Of a DNA stretch of 64,000 bases, positions 37,985 through 46,982 are shown piece by piece. Position 1 is the stretch's first letter, and each line of letters begins with the position of its first letter. A program made the position numbers and the translations under genes. This DNA comes from Alphaproteobacteria bacterium GWC2_42_16 (GTDB taxonomy: Bacteria > Pseudomonadota > Alphaproteobacteria > UBA9655), in contig MEMA01000052.1 of NCBI GenBank assembly GCA_001767835.1, positions 5,753 through 69,752 on the forward strand. The letters are read 5' to 3'. The notes under the pieces were generated by a model. The model saw only the letters and a program-made list of their open reading frames with translations. It was not told the DNA's origin and did no database searches.

Positions 37985-38275
37985 ATGAGACCGTCAATCG
38001 CATTTGAGTCACATAGAAAAGCTATCCGACGCATTGTAGAGGAGAATCATGCACGCAATGCGCGTATTTTTGGATCTGTTTTGCATGGGGATGATAGAGA
38101 GAATAGTGACCTTGATTTGCTTATAGATCCAATACAAGACACAACCTTAATGGATATTGCAAGAATTCAAAACCAACTTCAAGTTCTACTAGGGGTTCCT
38201 GTTGATGTTCTAACCCCAAAAGCCTTACCAGAACAATTTCGAGATGAGATTCTGAAAGAGGCAAAATTAATATGA
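37985..38275 (+). CDS. mntA: MNT-type nucleotidyltransferase antitoxin (HepT/MNT system)
   Basis: Exact GSX10DXD motif (GSVLHGDDRENSDLD). Confidence 0.8.
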   Translation: MRPSIAFESHRKAIRRIVEENHARNARIFGSVLHGDDRENSDLDLLIDPIQDTTLMDIARIQNQLQVLLGVPVDVLTPKALPEQFRDEILKEAKLI

Positions 38276-38640
38276 ATAAAAAATCTAAAATTCATTTACA
38301 CCTTTATCTCGAACACATTTTAACTGCCATCAAGCGAATACATCACTATACGGACGATTTAACTGAAATCACTTTTCTTCAAAGTGAACTTATTCAGGAT
38401 GCTGTTATACGTAATATTGAAATTATTGGAGAGGCTTCACGCAATATAGATCGCCATCACCCTTATTTTACGGCCGACCATCCAGAAGTTCCCTGGAGTG
38501 ACCTTTATTGGATGCGCAATCGCGTATCACATGGTTATTTTTCAGTCGATTTAGAGCTCGTTTGGAAAACACTTGAAAAAGACATTCCTAAGCTTGAAGA
38601 ACAGATTCAAAAACTTTACGAAAAGATCCCTTCAAAATAA
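38272..38640 (+). CDS. hepT: HepT-like (DUF86) HEPN ribonuclease toxin
   Basis: RX4HXY HEPN motif (RNRVSHGY). A 4-nt overlap links it to the upstream MNT gene. Confidence 0.8.
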   Translation: MNKKSKIHLHLYLEHILTAIKRIHHYTDDLTEITFLQSELIQDAVIRNIEIIGEASRNIDRHHPYFTADHPEVPWSDLYWMRNRVSHGYFSVDLELVWKTLEKDIPKLEEQIQKLYEKIPSK

Positions 38641-38713
38641 GGCTTGCAAAGCCCGAAGTTACATTGTTGTATTCGCTATGCGCAACGATGAAGCTTAAAA
38701 AACGAAACAAAGG

Positions 38714-39754
38714 ATGAGTAAAATTCCCGACCTTTTAACCCATTTGGAGGGAGGAATTGCCTGTCTGACCTTAAACCGTCCTAAGGCTTTGAATGCCCTT
38801 TCTTTAGCCATGATTCGCGAAATAACACGCCTTTTAAGAGAATGGGAGGAAGATCCCTCCATCAAAGCTGTTCTTATCGAAGGAGCTGGTGATAAGGCCT
38901 TTTGTGCAGGCGGAGATGTGCGCGCTGTTTATGAAGCGAAAAAGGAGGGAAACCTTGAGATGTGTGACGCTTTTTTCCGGGAAGAATATACACTAAATGC
39001 TTATATTCATACCTTCCCAAAGCCTTATATTGCTCTCATTAACGGCATCAATATGGGAGGCGGGCTTGGAGTTTCTATTAATGGCTCTCACCGTCTCGTT
39101 ACAGAGCGGGCCGTTTTAGCTATGCCTGAAACGGGCATTGGTTTCTTTCCTGATGTGGGCGCCACCACCTTTTTGAACAATACCCCTGGGAAAACAGGAC
39201 TTTACTTAGGCCTCACAAGCAAAAGGATTAAGGCCGCTTGCGCTTTGTGGAGTGGTCTTGGAACCCATTTTATTCCTGGATCTTCTCTTTCTCTTTTTAA
39301 AGAGGATTTGTTTGAGGGTGTATCCCTCGAAAGAGCACTTAAAAACCATTGCAAATCTCTTTTAGAACAAAGCATTCTTGAAGAAAAATCCTCAGAAATT
39401 CACTCTCATTTTTCCCACGCTTCTGTGAAAGACATTATAGACAGTCTTTCAAAAGATACTTCTTCCTTTGCAACAGAAACATTGGCAACCCTAAAAGCCA
39501 AGTCTCCCACAAGCTTGAAGGTAGTCTTTCGTCAACTCACCCAACATAAGAGAAGTTTTACTGAACGCATGAAGGACGAATTTCGCCTCAGTCAGCGGTT
39601 TGTGGAGGGTCATGATTTCCTTGAAGGGGTTCGTTCTGTCCTGGTGGATAAGGACGGAGAGCCGCGCTGGAAACCGGCGAGTCTTGAGGAAGTCACAGAT
39701 GAAACCGTTGACCACTATTTCGCGCCCCTGGATGAGCGAGAATTGATTTTATAG
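38714..39754 (+). CDS. Enoyl-CoA hydratase/isomerase family, 3-hydroxyisobutyryl-CoA hydrolase-like
   Basis: FCAGGDVRAV, INGINMGGGLG and MPETGIGFFPDVG motifs, with a long C-terminal extension. Confidence 0.75.
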   Translation: MSKIPDLLTHLEGGIACLTLNRPKALNALSLAMIREITRLLREWEEDPSIKAVLIEGAGDKAFCAGGDVRAVYEAKKEGNLEMCDAFFREEYTLNAYIHTFPKPYIALINGINMGGGLGVSINGSHRLVTERAVLAMPETGIGFFPDVGATTFLNNTPGKTGLYLGLTSKRIKAACALWSGLGTHFIPGSSLSLFKEDLFEGVSLERALKNHCKSLLEQSILEEKSSEIHSHFSHASVKDIIDSLSKDTSSFATETLATLKAKSPTSLKVVFRQLTQHKRSFTERMKDEFRLSQRFVEGHDFLEGVRSVLVDKDGEPRWKPASLEEVTDETVDHYFAPLDERELIL

Positions 39755-39799
39755 GAAGAGTTCATAACCCACATTGTTTACCTTTAAGAGAAGGTAATG

Positions 39800-41572
39800 C
39801 TAGTTCCAGACATCGTAGTAGTCTAGTGGCGGAGGGCTAGGAGAACGTGATGGTAAGGGGCTCGACCGATTAGTCTCCGTCTCATCATCTTTACTATTCT
39901 CTGACTGATTTGAAGTACTAACTAAAGCTATTTCGAATGGTTCATAAGGGTGGACAAGAGAGAAAGTCTCATTGTCAGAAAGCCTCAATGAATTAGTTTT
40001 ATCCTCTTCGTCAGTATCTTTAATGGTCTCTTTCTTATCATCTGCAGCGTCAGAACTCCTCTCGTTTCTGCTGTCTGATGACGAGCCTGAATCATCAGAC
40101 CTTTCATCGTCGCGCTTTTCATCATTCCCTCCAACAACAGCAGAATGTGAATCACCTCCAAAAAAGCGCGCCCATAAGCTCGGCTTTTTTTCCTTTTTAT
40201 CCTTCTTGACTGGGGTCTCTTTTTCATTCCCCAAAGGAGAACTATGTGAAGACAAGGGTGGTGAGGATGATGCGGACGGAGATGGAAAATCATCAATATC
40301 TGAAAAATTTTCAACTGGAATAGAGCTGTTTTTGCTGGAAAGCTGGCGTGGAAGAAATGAAGGAAAACTAAGACGTGATGCCGGAGAAAAATGTCTCCTC
40401 ACTCCAAATGGCGAGAATACCCCTGAAGCCGGTCCACCAAGAGCAGCTGGAAAAACAAGTAATGGGCTACGACCTCCTGAGCTGCTGCCTGAGGAACTAC
40501 TAGAAGCGGAGATAACAACAGGTGGAGCCACAGGTACGCCTCCTCCAGGAACTGGTACAGGCGCAGGAACTGGTGCTGGTGCGGGAACAGGAGCTGGCGC
40601 AGGAACGACTGCAGGACCAGGCGCAGGTACAGGTCCACCAAGCACTGGAACGGGGGCAGGAGGAGGTGCAGGTATTGCGGGACCTGGCGCCGGGACAGGA
40701 GCGACTGCAGGAGGCGCAACTACTACTGCGGGCCTAGGAGCGGGAGCAGCGGCAGGTATAGGCACGGCTACAGGTGCAGGTGGGAGCACGGGTATGGCTG
40801 CAGGCGCAGGTATAGCAGGAGCTGGCGCCGGGACAAGAACGACTGCAGGAGGTGCAATTACCACTGCAGGCATAGGAGCGGGAGCAGCGGCAGGTATAGG
40901 CACGGCTACAGGTGCAGGTGGGAGCACGGGTATGGCTGCAGGCCCAGGAGCAAGTCCACCAGGCACTAGAACAGGGGCAGGAGGAGGTGCAGGTATGGCA
41001 GGAGCTGGCGCCGGGACAGGAGCGACTGCAGGAGGCGCAACTACTACTGCGGGCCTAGGAGCGGGTGCCGCAGATGCTGGAACGACTTCAGGAGCAGGTG
41101 CAAATGCAGGAGAAGCTCCCCTAAAGGCTTCAGGCATTGGATTCGATTCTGCATTTCGAGAAGAAGATTGGCTATTTTGAGGGGCAGGGAGCTTTCTTTT
41201 TCCTGAGAGCTCCACTGCTTGAGGGAACTCTTGCATAGGCTCCTCCGGAGTAAACTCTACACGCTTACCCTTTGGAAAATGAATGGGGTTATTCCTTGCA
41301 GAAACAGATTCCGCCTCATGCCGAGGCAATTTCACAGGTGAAGGCCCTCCTCCCTTTGAAGAAGTTGAGGTTCCTTTTCCAAAACTTTCACTATGTCCAC
41401 CTCCTAATCCCCACCTAGAATCGAGGGTAATTTTCTCCTTCCCTTCAGAGGGATGAGAAAACTCTAAAAAAGGCATTATTTTTTCAGGGCGTAATAATAG
41501 GTAAATCAAAATAAGAATTGAGGCATATGCCAATTTTCGACTACCATCACGCCAATATATACTTTTCACCAT
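39800..41572 (-). CDS. Membrane-anchored or secreted Pro/Ala/Val-repeat low-complexity protein with a Ser/Asp/Glu-rich C-terminal half
   Basis: 590 aa. N-terminal hydrophobic helix LAYASILILIYLLL, about 200 aa of (A/V/I)PAP-type repeats, a poly-Ser stretch, and an acidic tail. The ORF fills the whole gap between neighbouring genes. Confidence 0.6.
   Translation of the reverse strand: MVKSIYWRDGSRKLAYASILILIYLLLRPEKIMPFLEFSHPSEGKEKITLDSRWGLGGGHSESFGKGTSTSSKGGGPSPVKLPRHEAESVSARNNPIHFPKGKRVEFTPEEPMQEFPQAVELSGKRKLPAPQNSQSSSRNAESNPMPEAFRGASPAFAPAPEVVPASAAPAPRPAVVVAPPAVAPVPAPAPAIPAPPPAPVLVPGGLAPGPAAIPVLPPAPVAVPIPAAAPAPMPAVVIAPPAVVLVPAPAPAIPAPAAIPVLPPAPVAVPIPAAAPAPRPAVVVAPPAVAPVPAPGPAIPAPPPAPVPVLGGPVPAPGPAVVPAPAPVPAPAPVPAPVPVPGGGVPVAPPVVISASSSSSGSSSGGRSPLLVFPAALGGPASGVFSPFGVRRHFSPASRLSFPSFLPRQLSSKNSSIPVENFSDIDDFPSPSASSSPPLSSHSSPLGNEKETPVKKDKKEKKPSLWARFFGGDSHSAVVGGNDEKRDDERSDDSGSSSDSRNERSSDAADDKKETIKDTDEEDKTNSLRLSDNETFSLVHPYEPFEIALVSTSNQSENSKDDETETNRSSPLPSRSPSPPPLDYYDVWN
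40540..41100. repeat. GC-rich long direct repeats (units about 46 codons) inside the Pro/Ala-rich gene
   Basis: The string gcaggtataggcacggctacaggtgcaggtgggagcacgggtatggctgcagg occurs twice (about 40753 and 40890). The string ggagcgactgcaggaggcgcaactactactgcgggcctaggagcggg also occurs twice (about 40699 and 41020). Confidence 0.8.
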
Positions 41573-41862
41573 TACCAGTACACTAAAATTAAACAGGACA
41601 TAAATATCAAATACATCCTATATAAGAAGCAAACGGTATTTTGTCTATCTTTTTCTTATGGTTTTTATTGAGATATATAAAAATATTTTAAAATTATTAA
41701 GGCCGCAAGTCGAATACATTTAATATTTAAATGTCTCAGATTTTTACTAATAATTCTGTACATACATAACAAAAAATACTATCCTTGAAAAAATAGTTAC
41801 CATTTAGTAACAAATACAATTTTTGATAAACTAGTCATAAATTTTAGAGAAGCTAAGGTTAA

Positions 41863-42843
41863 ATGCGATCCACGTCTGACTTTCTTCCCCACCTCTCCTT
41901 TATTGTTAACCAGGAGCACGAAGGACAACGCTTGGATAAGTTCTTAGCTATAAAGGCCCAAGACCTTTCCCGCACACGTCTTCAAGACCTCATTCAAACA
42001 GGTTTTGTCCAAATTAATGGCGTTGCGATGAATGATGTTGCGCTGAAAGTGAAAGAAGGTCAAAAGATTCAAATCAATATCCCTCCTGTTGTTGAGGCGG
42101 CTCCTGTTCCTCAAAAGATTCCTCTCGACATCTTTTATGAGGATGAAGACTTGATTGTCTTGAACAAGCCGGCTGGCCTTGTGGTACACCCCGCCCCTGG
42201 CAATCCTGAGGGCACCCTTGTGAACGCACTTCTCAACCATTGCGGGGAAAGCCTTTCAGGCATTAATGGGGTCAAGCGCCCCGGCATTGTGCATCGGCTG
42301 GACAAGGATACCAGCGGCCTTATGGTAGTCGCTAAAAATGATAAGACCCATCACAGCCTTGCTTACCAACTGGCCACACGTGAAATGAGCCGCGTATATC
42401 AAGCCCTCATTTGGGGTACGCTTATTCCCCATAAAGGGATCATTGAGGGTCCCATTGGGCGAGATCCGCATCATCGTCAACGAATGGCGCTTCGCGAAAA
42501 GGGAAAATTCGCACGCACTCATTATAAAACCATAAAAATCTTTGGACGCCTTGCGAGTTTGGTCGAATGTCGGCTGGAGACGGGCCGCACACATCAAATC
42601 CGCGTTCACCTGGCCTCCAAAGGGCATCCACTCATTGGTGATATTCTCTATGGTAAAAAGCCTAAAGGACTTCCCTGCCCCCTCGACGACTTTTTAGATG
42701 GGCAATGGATTAAGGGTCGTCAGGCTTTACACGCAAAGAAGATCTCTTTTGTTCACCCCAAAAGCCAAGACAGGCTTTCCTTTGAAACAGACCTTCCCCA
42801 GGATATACGAATTCTGCTAGATGTGTTAGAATCAATTGTATAA
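41863..42843 (+). CDS. rluD: 23S rRNA pseudouridine synthase, RluD/RluA family
   Basis: S4 domain followed by the HRLDKDTSGLMV catalytic motif. Confidence 0.88.
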   Translation: MRSTSDFLPHLSFIVNQEHEGQRLDKFLAIKAQDLSRTRLQDLIQTGFVQINGVAMNDVALKVKEGQKIQINIPPVVEAAPVPQKIPLDIFYEDEDLIVLNKPAGLVVHPAPGNPEGTLVNALLNHCGESLSGINGVKRPGIVHRLDKDTSGLMVVAKNDKTHHSLAYQLATREMSRVYQALIWGTLIPHKGIIEGPIGRDPHHRQRMALREKGKFARTHYKTIKIFGRLASLVECRLETGRTHQIRVHLASKGHPLIGDILYGKKPKGLPCPLDDFLDGQWIKGRQALHAKKISFVHPKSQDRLSFETDLPQDIRILLDVLESIV

Positions 42844-42865
42844 AAGCGCTTAAGGTTCAATCATC

Positions 42866-43780
42866 GTGTCCAAAAAGAAAAATAACCATTTACCCTCCAT
42901 TACTAAAGCCACTGTTCTTCCCAGCATGACAGACGGCTTAACGCGCTACTTGGCAGAAATTCGGCGCTTTCCCATTTTAGAGCCAGATGAAGAATACATG
43001 TTGGCCAAACGTTGGCAAGAACACCAAGATCCTAAAGCCGCAGAAAGGCTCGTGAGCTCTCACTTGCGCTTGGTTGCCAAAATTGCTGGCGGCTATCGTG
43101 GCTATGGATTGCCCTTGATTGATCTCATTGCTGAAGGCAACGTCGGATTAATGCAGGCTTTGCGGAAATTTGATCCTGAAAGAGGATTTCGTTTCTCAAC
43201 CTATGCTATGTGGTGGATCCGCGCGAGCATACAAGAGTACATTTTACATTCATGGTCCCTTGTGAAGATCGGGACTACCGCCGCTCAAAAGAAGCTCTTC
43301 TTTAATCTAAGGCGTCTTAAGGGTGAAATCCAATCCGTTAGTGAAGCAGGCATTACAGATAAAACGGTAAAGGATATTGCAAGCGAGCTCAATGTCTCTG
43401 AAAAAGAGGTCATTGAGATGAGCAAGCGGATGGCTGCCCCCGACCAATCCTTAAATGCGCCCCTCAAAGCTGAAGGCACTGAAGAATGGCAAGATTGGCT
43501 TGTTGATGAATCATCCACCCATGAAGCGAAAATCATGGATCACAATGAAAGCCAGCACAAAAACGTACTTTTAAAGACGGCGCTTCAAACCCTAAATGAG
43601 AGGGAAAGGCTGATTATTAAAGAAAGACGCCTAAAGGATCCTCCTAAAACACTTGAAACTCTTTCAGAAACCTTAGGCATTTCGCGAGAACGAGTGCGAC
43701 AAATTGAAATCCGCGCCTTTGAAAAACTCCAAAAAGCCGTAAAATCTGTGGCCCTTCAAAACCGTATCTTTGAGGATTAA
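42866..43780 (+). CDS. rpoH: RNA polymerase sigma-32 (heat shock) factor RpoH
   Basis: Region 2 (DLIAEGNVGLMQALRKFDPERGFRFSTYAMWWIRASIQEYIL) and an RpoH-box-like segment (AAQKKLFFNLRRLK). Confidence 0.88.
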   Translation: MSKKKNNHLPSITKATVLPSMTDGLTRYLAEIRRFPILEPDEEYMLAKRWQEHQDPKAAERLVSSHLRLVAKIAGGYRGYGLPLIDLIAEGNVGLMQALRKFDPERGFRFSTYAMWWIRASIQEYILHSWSLVKIGTTAAQKKLFFNLRRLKGEIQSVSEAGITDKTVKDIASELNVSEKEVIEMSKRMAAPDQSLNAPLKAEGTEEWQDWLVDESSTHEAKIMDHNESQHKNVLLKTALQTLNERERLIIKERRLKDPPKTLETLSETLGISRERVRQIEIRAFEKLQKAVKSVALQNRIFED

Positions 43781-43850
43781 GCTCTAGAAGCTGGACGAAT
43801 TTCGTTCTTCAAGTGGGTGAATTTCGACCAGCGCTGATATAGCACGCACC

Positions 43851-44372
43851 TTGAGTCTCGCTCAATCTTCTATCAAACGCTACATTCATTTGTTACAATC
43901 TGGCTTTATCATCTTTAAACTCAAACCTTGGTTTTCTAATATAGATAAGCGCCTTGCTAAATCGCCTAAGTTTTATTTCGTTGATAGTGGGCTTTTATCC
44001 CATCTTCTTCGTCTTCCCTTAACTTGGGGGATCACCCCACCCCCCTATTTTGGTCAGGTTCTAGAAAATTTTGTTGTCTCAGAAGCTCTTAAACAATGCT
44101 CGTGGCAAAAAAAACGTGTTGACACTTTTCATTTTCGCACACAAAGCGGCACAGAAGTTGACCTCATTTTACAAAATCGCCATGGTCATTTGGTGGAAAT
44201 TGAGGTGAAAGCCTCATCAACCCTTTCCCGAAAGGACTTTAAAGGACTCCTCGCCTTTAAAGAGATAGCCAAGGAAAATTTTTATAGTGGTCTTGTCCTT
44301 TATACAGGAGACACCGTTATTCCCTTTGGCGAAAAGCTATGGGGGGTGCCGCTTCAGGCTCTTTGGGAATAA
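43851..44372 (+). pseudogene. C-terminal remnant of a DUF4143-containing AAA ATPase (N-terminal ATPase domain missing)
   Basis: The DUF4143 pattern is present (SIKRYIHLLQSGFIIFKLKPWFSN...KSPKFYFVDSGLLSHLL). An in-frame TGA lies about 11 codons upstream of the annotated start, and no P-loop region is present. Confidence 0.6.
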
Positions 44373-44496
44373 ATATTTTAATCCTAGTAAAAAGAATAAG
44401 TATTAGCGAATTAATATAATATTAATTGTTTGTATATTATAATTGACTTGGGTTTGAATCACTCAAATTATTATCTAAACAGAAAGGAAAACTAAG

Positions 44497-44757
44497 ATGG
44501 GAAACAAATATAAAACTGATATTACTTGGCGTAGCGTACGTCATCTTTTTTATGTTTTTTTAATATTAACGACTGCTATGAGCGTTTTTTCTAACGGACT
44601 AGAAGCAACCTGCGGAGCAAAGCATTCTACTCAATGCCCTTGCGCACAGGCTCTCTCTAGCCAACAGACAACCAAGATGGAACCCTCTGGTTCAAAGAGG
44701 TGCAACTGTGCAAAATGCGATTGCGCATCAGCAATGCAGAAAAGCTCGAAATACTAA
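44497..44757 (+). CDS. Small Cys-rich hypothetical protein with an N-terminal hydrophobic segment
   Basis: 86 aa, with LFYVFLILTTAMSVF followed by 7 Cys, including CPC and CNCAKCDC. A terminator lies downstream. Confidence 0.4.
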   Translation: MGNKYKTDITWRSVRHLFYVFLILTTAMSVFSNGLEATCGAKHSTQCPCAQALSSQQTTKMEPSGSKRCNCAKCDCASAMQKSSKY

Positions 44758-44799
44758 GCAAGGAAGGAAGCTAGTCTTCTGACCAGAGAATATATCTAT

Positions 44800-44832
44800 G
44801 TCCCGCTACTTAATAGCGGGACACTTGTTTTT
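44800..44832 (+). terminator. Rho-independent terminator
   Basis: gtcccgcta-cttaa-tagcgggac followed by acttgTTTTTT. Confidence 0.7.
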
Positions 44833-44892
44833 TCAGCCATAACTCTATATTATTTTGTTCGACTTTGATCATTTTTAAAAGGACGCGCGTAC

Positions 44893-46191
44893 ATGTTTAA
44901 AAGGTTAGCCTTCACCCTTCTTTTGTTCTTAAGCATTTCATGGAACGCACGGGCAGAACTTCACATTGATATTACGGAAGGTACCTTTAAGCCCGTTCAA
45001 ATCGCAATCACCCCCTTTGATGGAGGCGGCGATCCAGAACTTGGAAACATCGCTCAAGAAATCTCCAAAGTAATCGGTAACGATCTCCAAAGTTGTGGTC
45101 TTTTTATAGTGGTTGATCCCCATGCGTACATACAAAATGCTCGCGATGTGATGAGCCACCCCCGCTTTGCCGATTGGAAAATCCTCCATGCAGAAGCCCT
45201 CGTCGGCGGTCTTGTCAAGCGCAGCGGTAATAACCTCCAAGTCGACTTCCGCCTCTTTGATGTCTTTACAGAATCTCAACTCACAGGCCTTGCTCTTGGA
45301 ACAGACCCTATCAACTGGCGCAGGGTTGCCCATAAGATTGCTGATGAGATTTATGAGCGCATCACAGGAGATAAAGGCTATTTCGACACGCGTGTTGTCT
45401 ATGTGGCTGAGTCTGGACCCGAAATGTCACGTTCCTCTCGCTTAGCCATTATGGATCAGGACGGAGAAAACCATCAATTCATTTCTACTGGCAACCGAAG
45501 AGTCCTCCTCCCCCGTTTCTCTCCATGCCGCAAAAAAATTGCCTATGTGGATTTTGGAGCCAACGATAAAACGCCAACCCTTCATATTCATAATCTTGAA
45601 ACAGGTGAAGCCGAAGCCTTAGGATCAGTTGACGGACAAAAAATGTCTCCTCGTTTTTCCCCACATGGAGACCACATCATCCTCAGCAGTGCTAAAAAAG
45701 GGGCCACAGCTCTTTACAAAATGGATTTAAAAACGAAACAATTTGAAAAAATAACGTCAACAACATCAACCATTGATGTGTCTCCTTGTTATTCTCCTGA
45801 TGAAACTAAAATTGTCTTTATTTCAGACCGTGGCGGACAACCACAAATTTACGTGCGGGATGCCGGAGGCAGCAATGACACGCGTATTAGCTTTAGCACA
45901 GGTCGTTATGATAACCCTGTGTGGTCTCCTCGTGGAGATCTTATTGCCTTTACCCGCCAAAACGGCGGAACCTTTTACATTGGAGTCATGCGCCCTGATG
46001 GATCGGGTGAGCGGATGTTGGATTCGGGATATCTCTTAGAAGGGCCCACTTGGTCTCCTAACGGACGTGAAGTTATGTATACGTGCCAAGACAGCACCCA
46101 TGGAAAAGTTGGGCTTTGCAGCATTGATATCGTAGGTTTTCACAAGAGAAAGGTTAACATTCCAGGGGAAGGATCTTATCCGACCTGGTAA
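44893..46191 (+). CDS. tolB: Tol-Pal system beta-propeller protein TolB
   Basis: Signal peptide, N-terminal TolB domain, and repeated propeller blades (PRFSP, PCYSPD, PVWSPRG, PTWSPNG). Confidence 0.9.
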   Translation: MFKRLAFTLLLFLSISWNARAELHIDITEGTFKPVQIAITPFDGGGDPELGNIAQEISKVIGNDLQSCGLFIVVDPHAYIQNARDVMSHPRFADWKILHAEALVGGLVKRSGNNLQVDFRLFDVFTESQLTGLALGTDPINWRRVAHKIADEIYERITGDKGYFDTRVVYVAESGPEMSRSSRLAIMDQDGENHQFISTGNRRVLLPRFSPCRKKIAYVDFGANDKTPTLHIHNLETGEAEALGSVDGQKMSPRFSPHGDHIILSSAKKGATALYKMDLKTKQFEKITSTTSTIDVSPCYSPDETKIVFISDRGGQPQIYVRDAGGSNDTRISFSTGRYDNPVWSPRGDLIAFTRQNGGTFYIGVMRPDGSGERMLDSGYLLEGPTWSPNGREVMYTCQDSTHGKVGLCSIDIVGFHKRKVNIPGEGSYPTW

Positions 46192-46374
46192 TCATTGTCC
46201 CTCTTGATCCCGTTCATTCAATAGGTTATATTATGCTCTAAGGTGTCTTAAGTCTTCGGACAAGGCATGGCGCTGCATAGGCGAAGGACATCAAAAAAAA
46301 GATACACTTTTAATATTTTTTTAATGTTCTCCCGCTATAGTGGGCGAATGAAAACAAAAAAAGGAGAAAACTCA

Positions 46375-46878
46375 ATGCGTTTAAAAATTTCTAGTCTTTT
46401 AGCAACAGCGGCTCTTGCACTCTCTGCTTGCGATTGTTGCACAGATGAATGTCTTGATGCGTCAGGCCAAGGTGCTCTCGCAGCTGCACAAGCTGCAGCA
46501 GCAGAAGAGGCCTGCACACCAGGTACAGTCGCTGATTTCGTTGACAACGTCGGCGATCGCGTCTTCTTCGACTTCGATCGTTCACAAGTCCGTCCTGAAG
46601 GATTAGAGACCTTGAAGCGTCAAGCTGCTTGGCTCTCTACCTACAGCAACTACGTTGTAACAATCAATGGTCATTGCGACAAGCGTGGAACAACTGAATA
46701 CAACCTAGCTCTCGGTGAGCGTCGTGCAAACGCCGCAAAAGAGAAGCTTGTTGCTTTCGGTGTTGATGCAAACCGCATGAAAGTTGTTAGCTACGGTAAA
46801 AATCGTCCAATCGTTGAACAAGATGGCAGCGAGTGGGCTTACCAACAAAACCGTGTTGCGATCACAGTTTTGGACTAA
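46375..46878 (+). CDS. pal: Peptidoglycan-associated lipoprotein Pal
   Basis: Lipobox LALSAC and an OmpA-like domain (VTINGHCDKRGTTEYNLALGERRANA...NRVAI). The start was moved to ATG 46375 after an aaggag RBS. Confidence 0.9.
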   Translation: MRLKISSLLATAALALSACDCCTDECLDASGQGALAAAQAAAAEEACTPGTVADFVDNVGDRVFFDFDRSQVRPEGLETLKRQAAWLSTYSNYVVTINGHCDKRGTTEYNLALGERRANAAKEKLVAFGVDANRMKVVSYGKNRPIVEQDGSEWAYQQNRVAITVLD

Positions 46879-46906
46879 ATTACTTAGTCAACTAGCTTTA
46901 AATCAA

Positions 46907-46935
46907 ACACCACCCTTAGGGGTGGTGTTTTTTTG
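46907..46935 (+). terminator. Rho-independent terminator after pal
   Basis: acaccaccc-ttag-gggtggtgt followed by TTTTTTg. Confidence 0.8.
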
Positions 46936-46982
46936 TGAAACGTATTGAATTGTCTTGGCGTCTTACATCTTTTTACAGATGG

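Noticed and set aside
39972-41180. 402-aa plus-strand Gly/Ala/Thr-rich ORF.
   Set aside because: It is the mirror image of the Pro/Ala codon repeats. The minus-strand ORF is longer, has a start with an N-terminal hydrophobic anchor, and fills the inter-gene gap. The strand is not proven, however.
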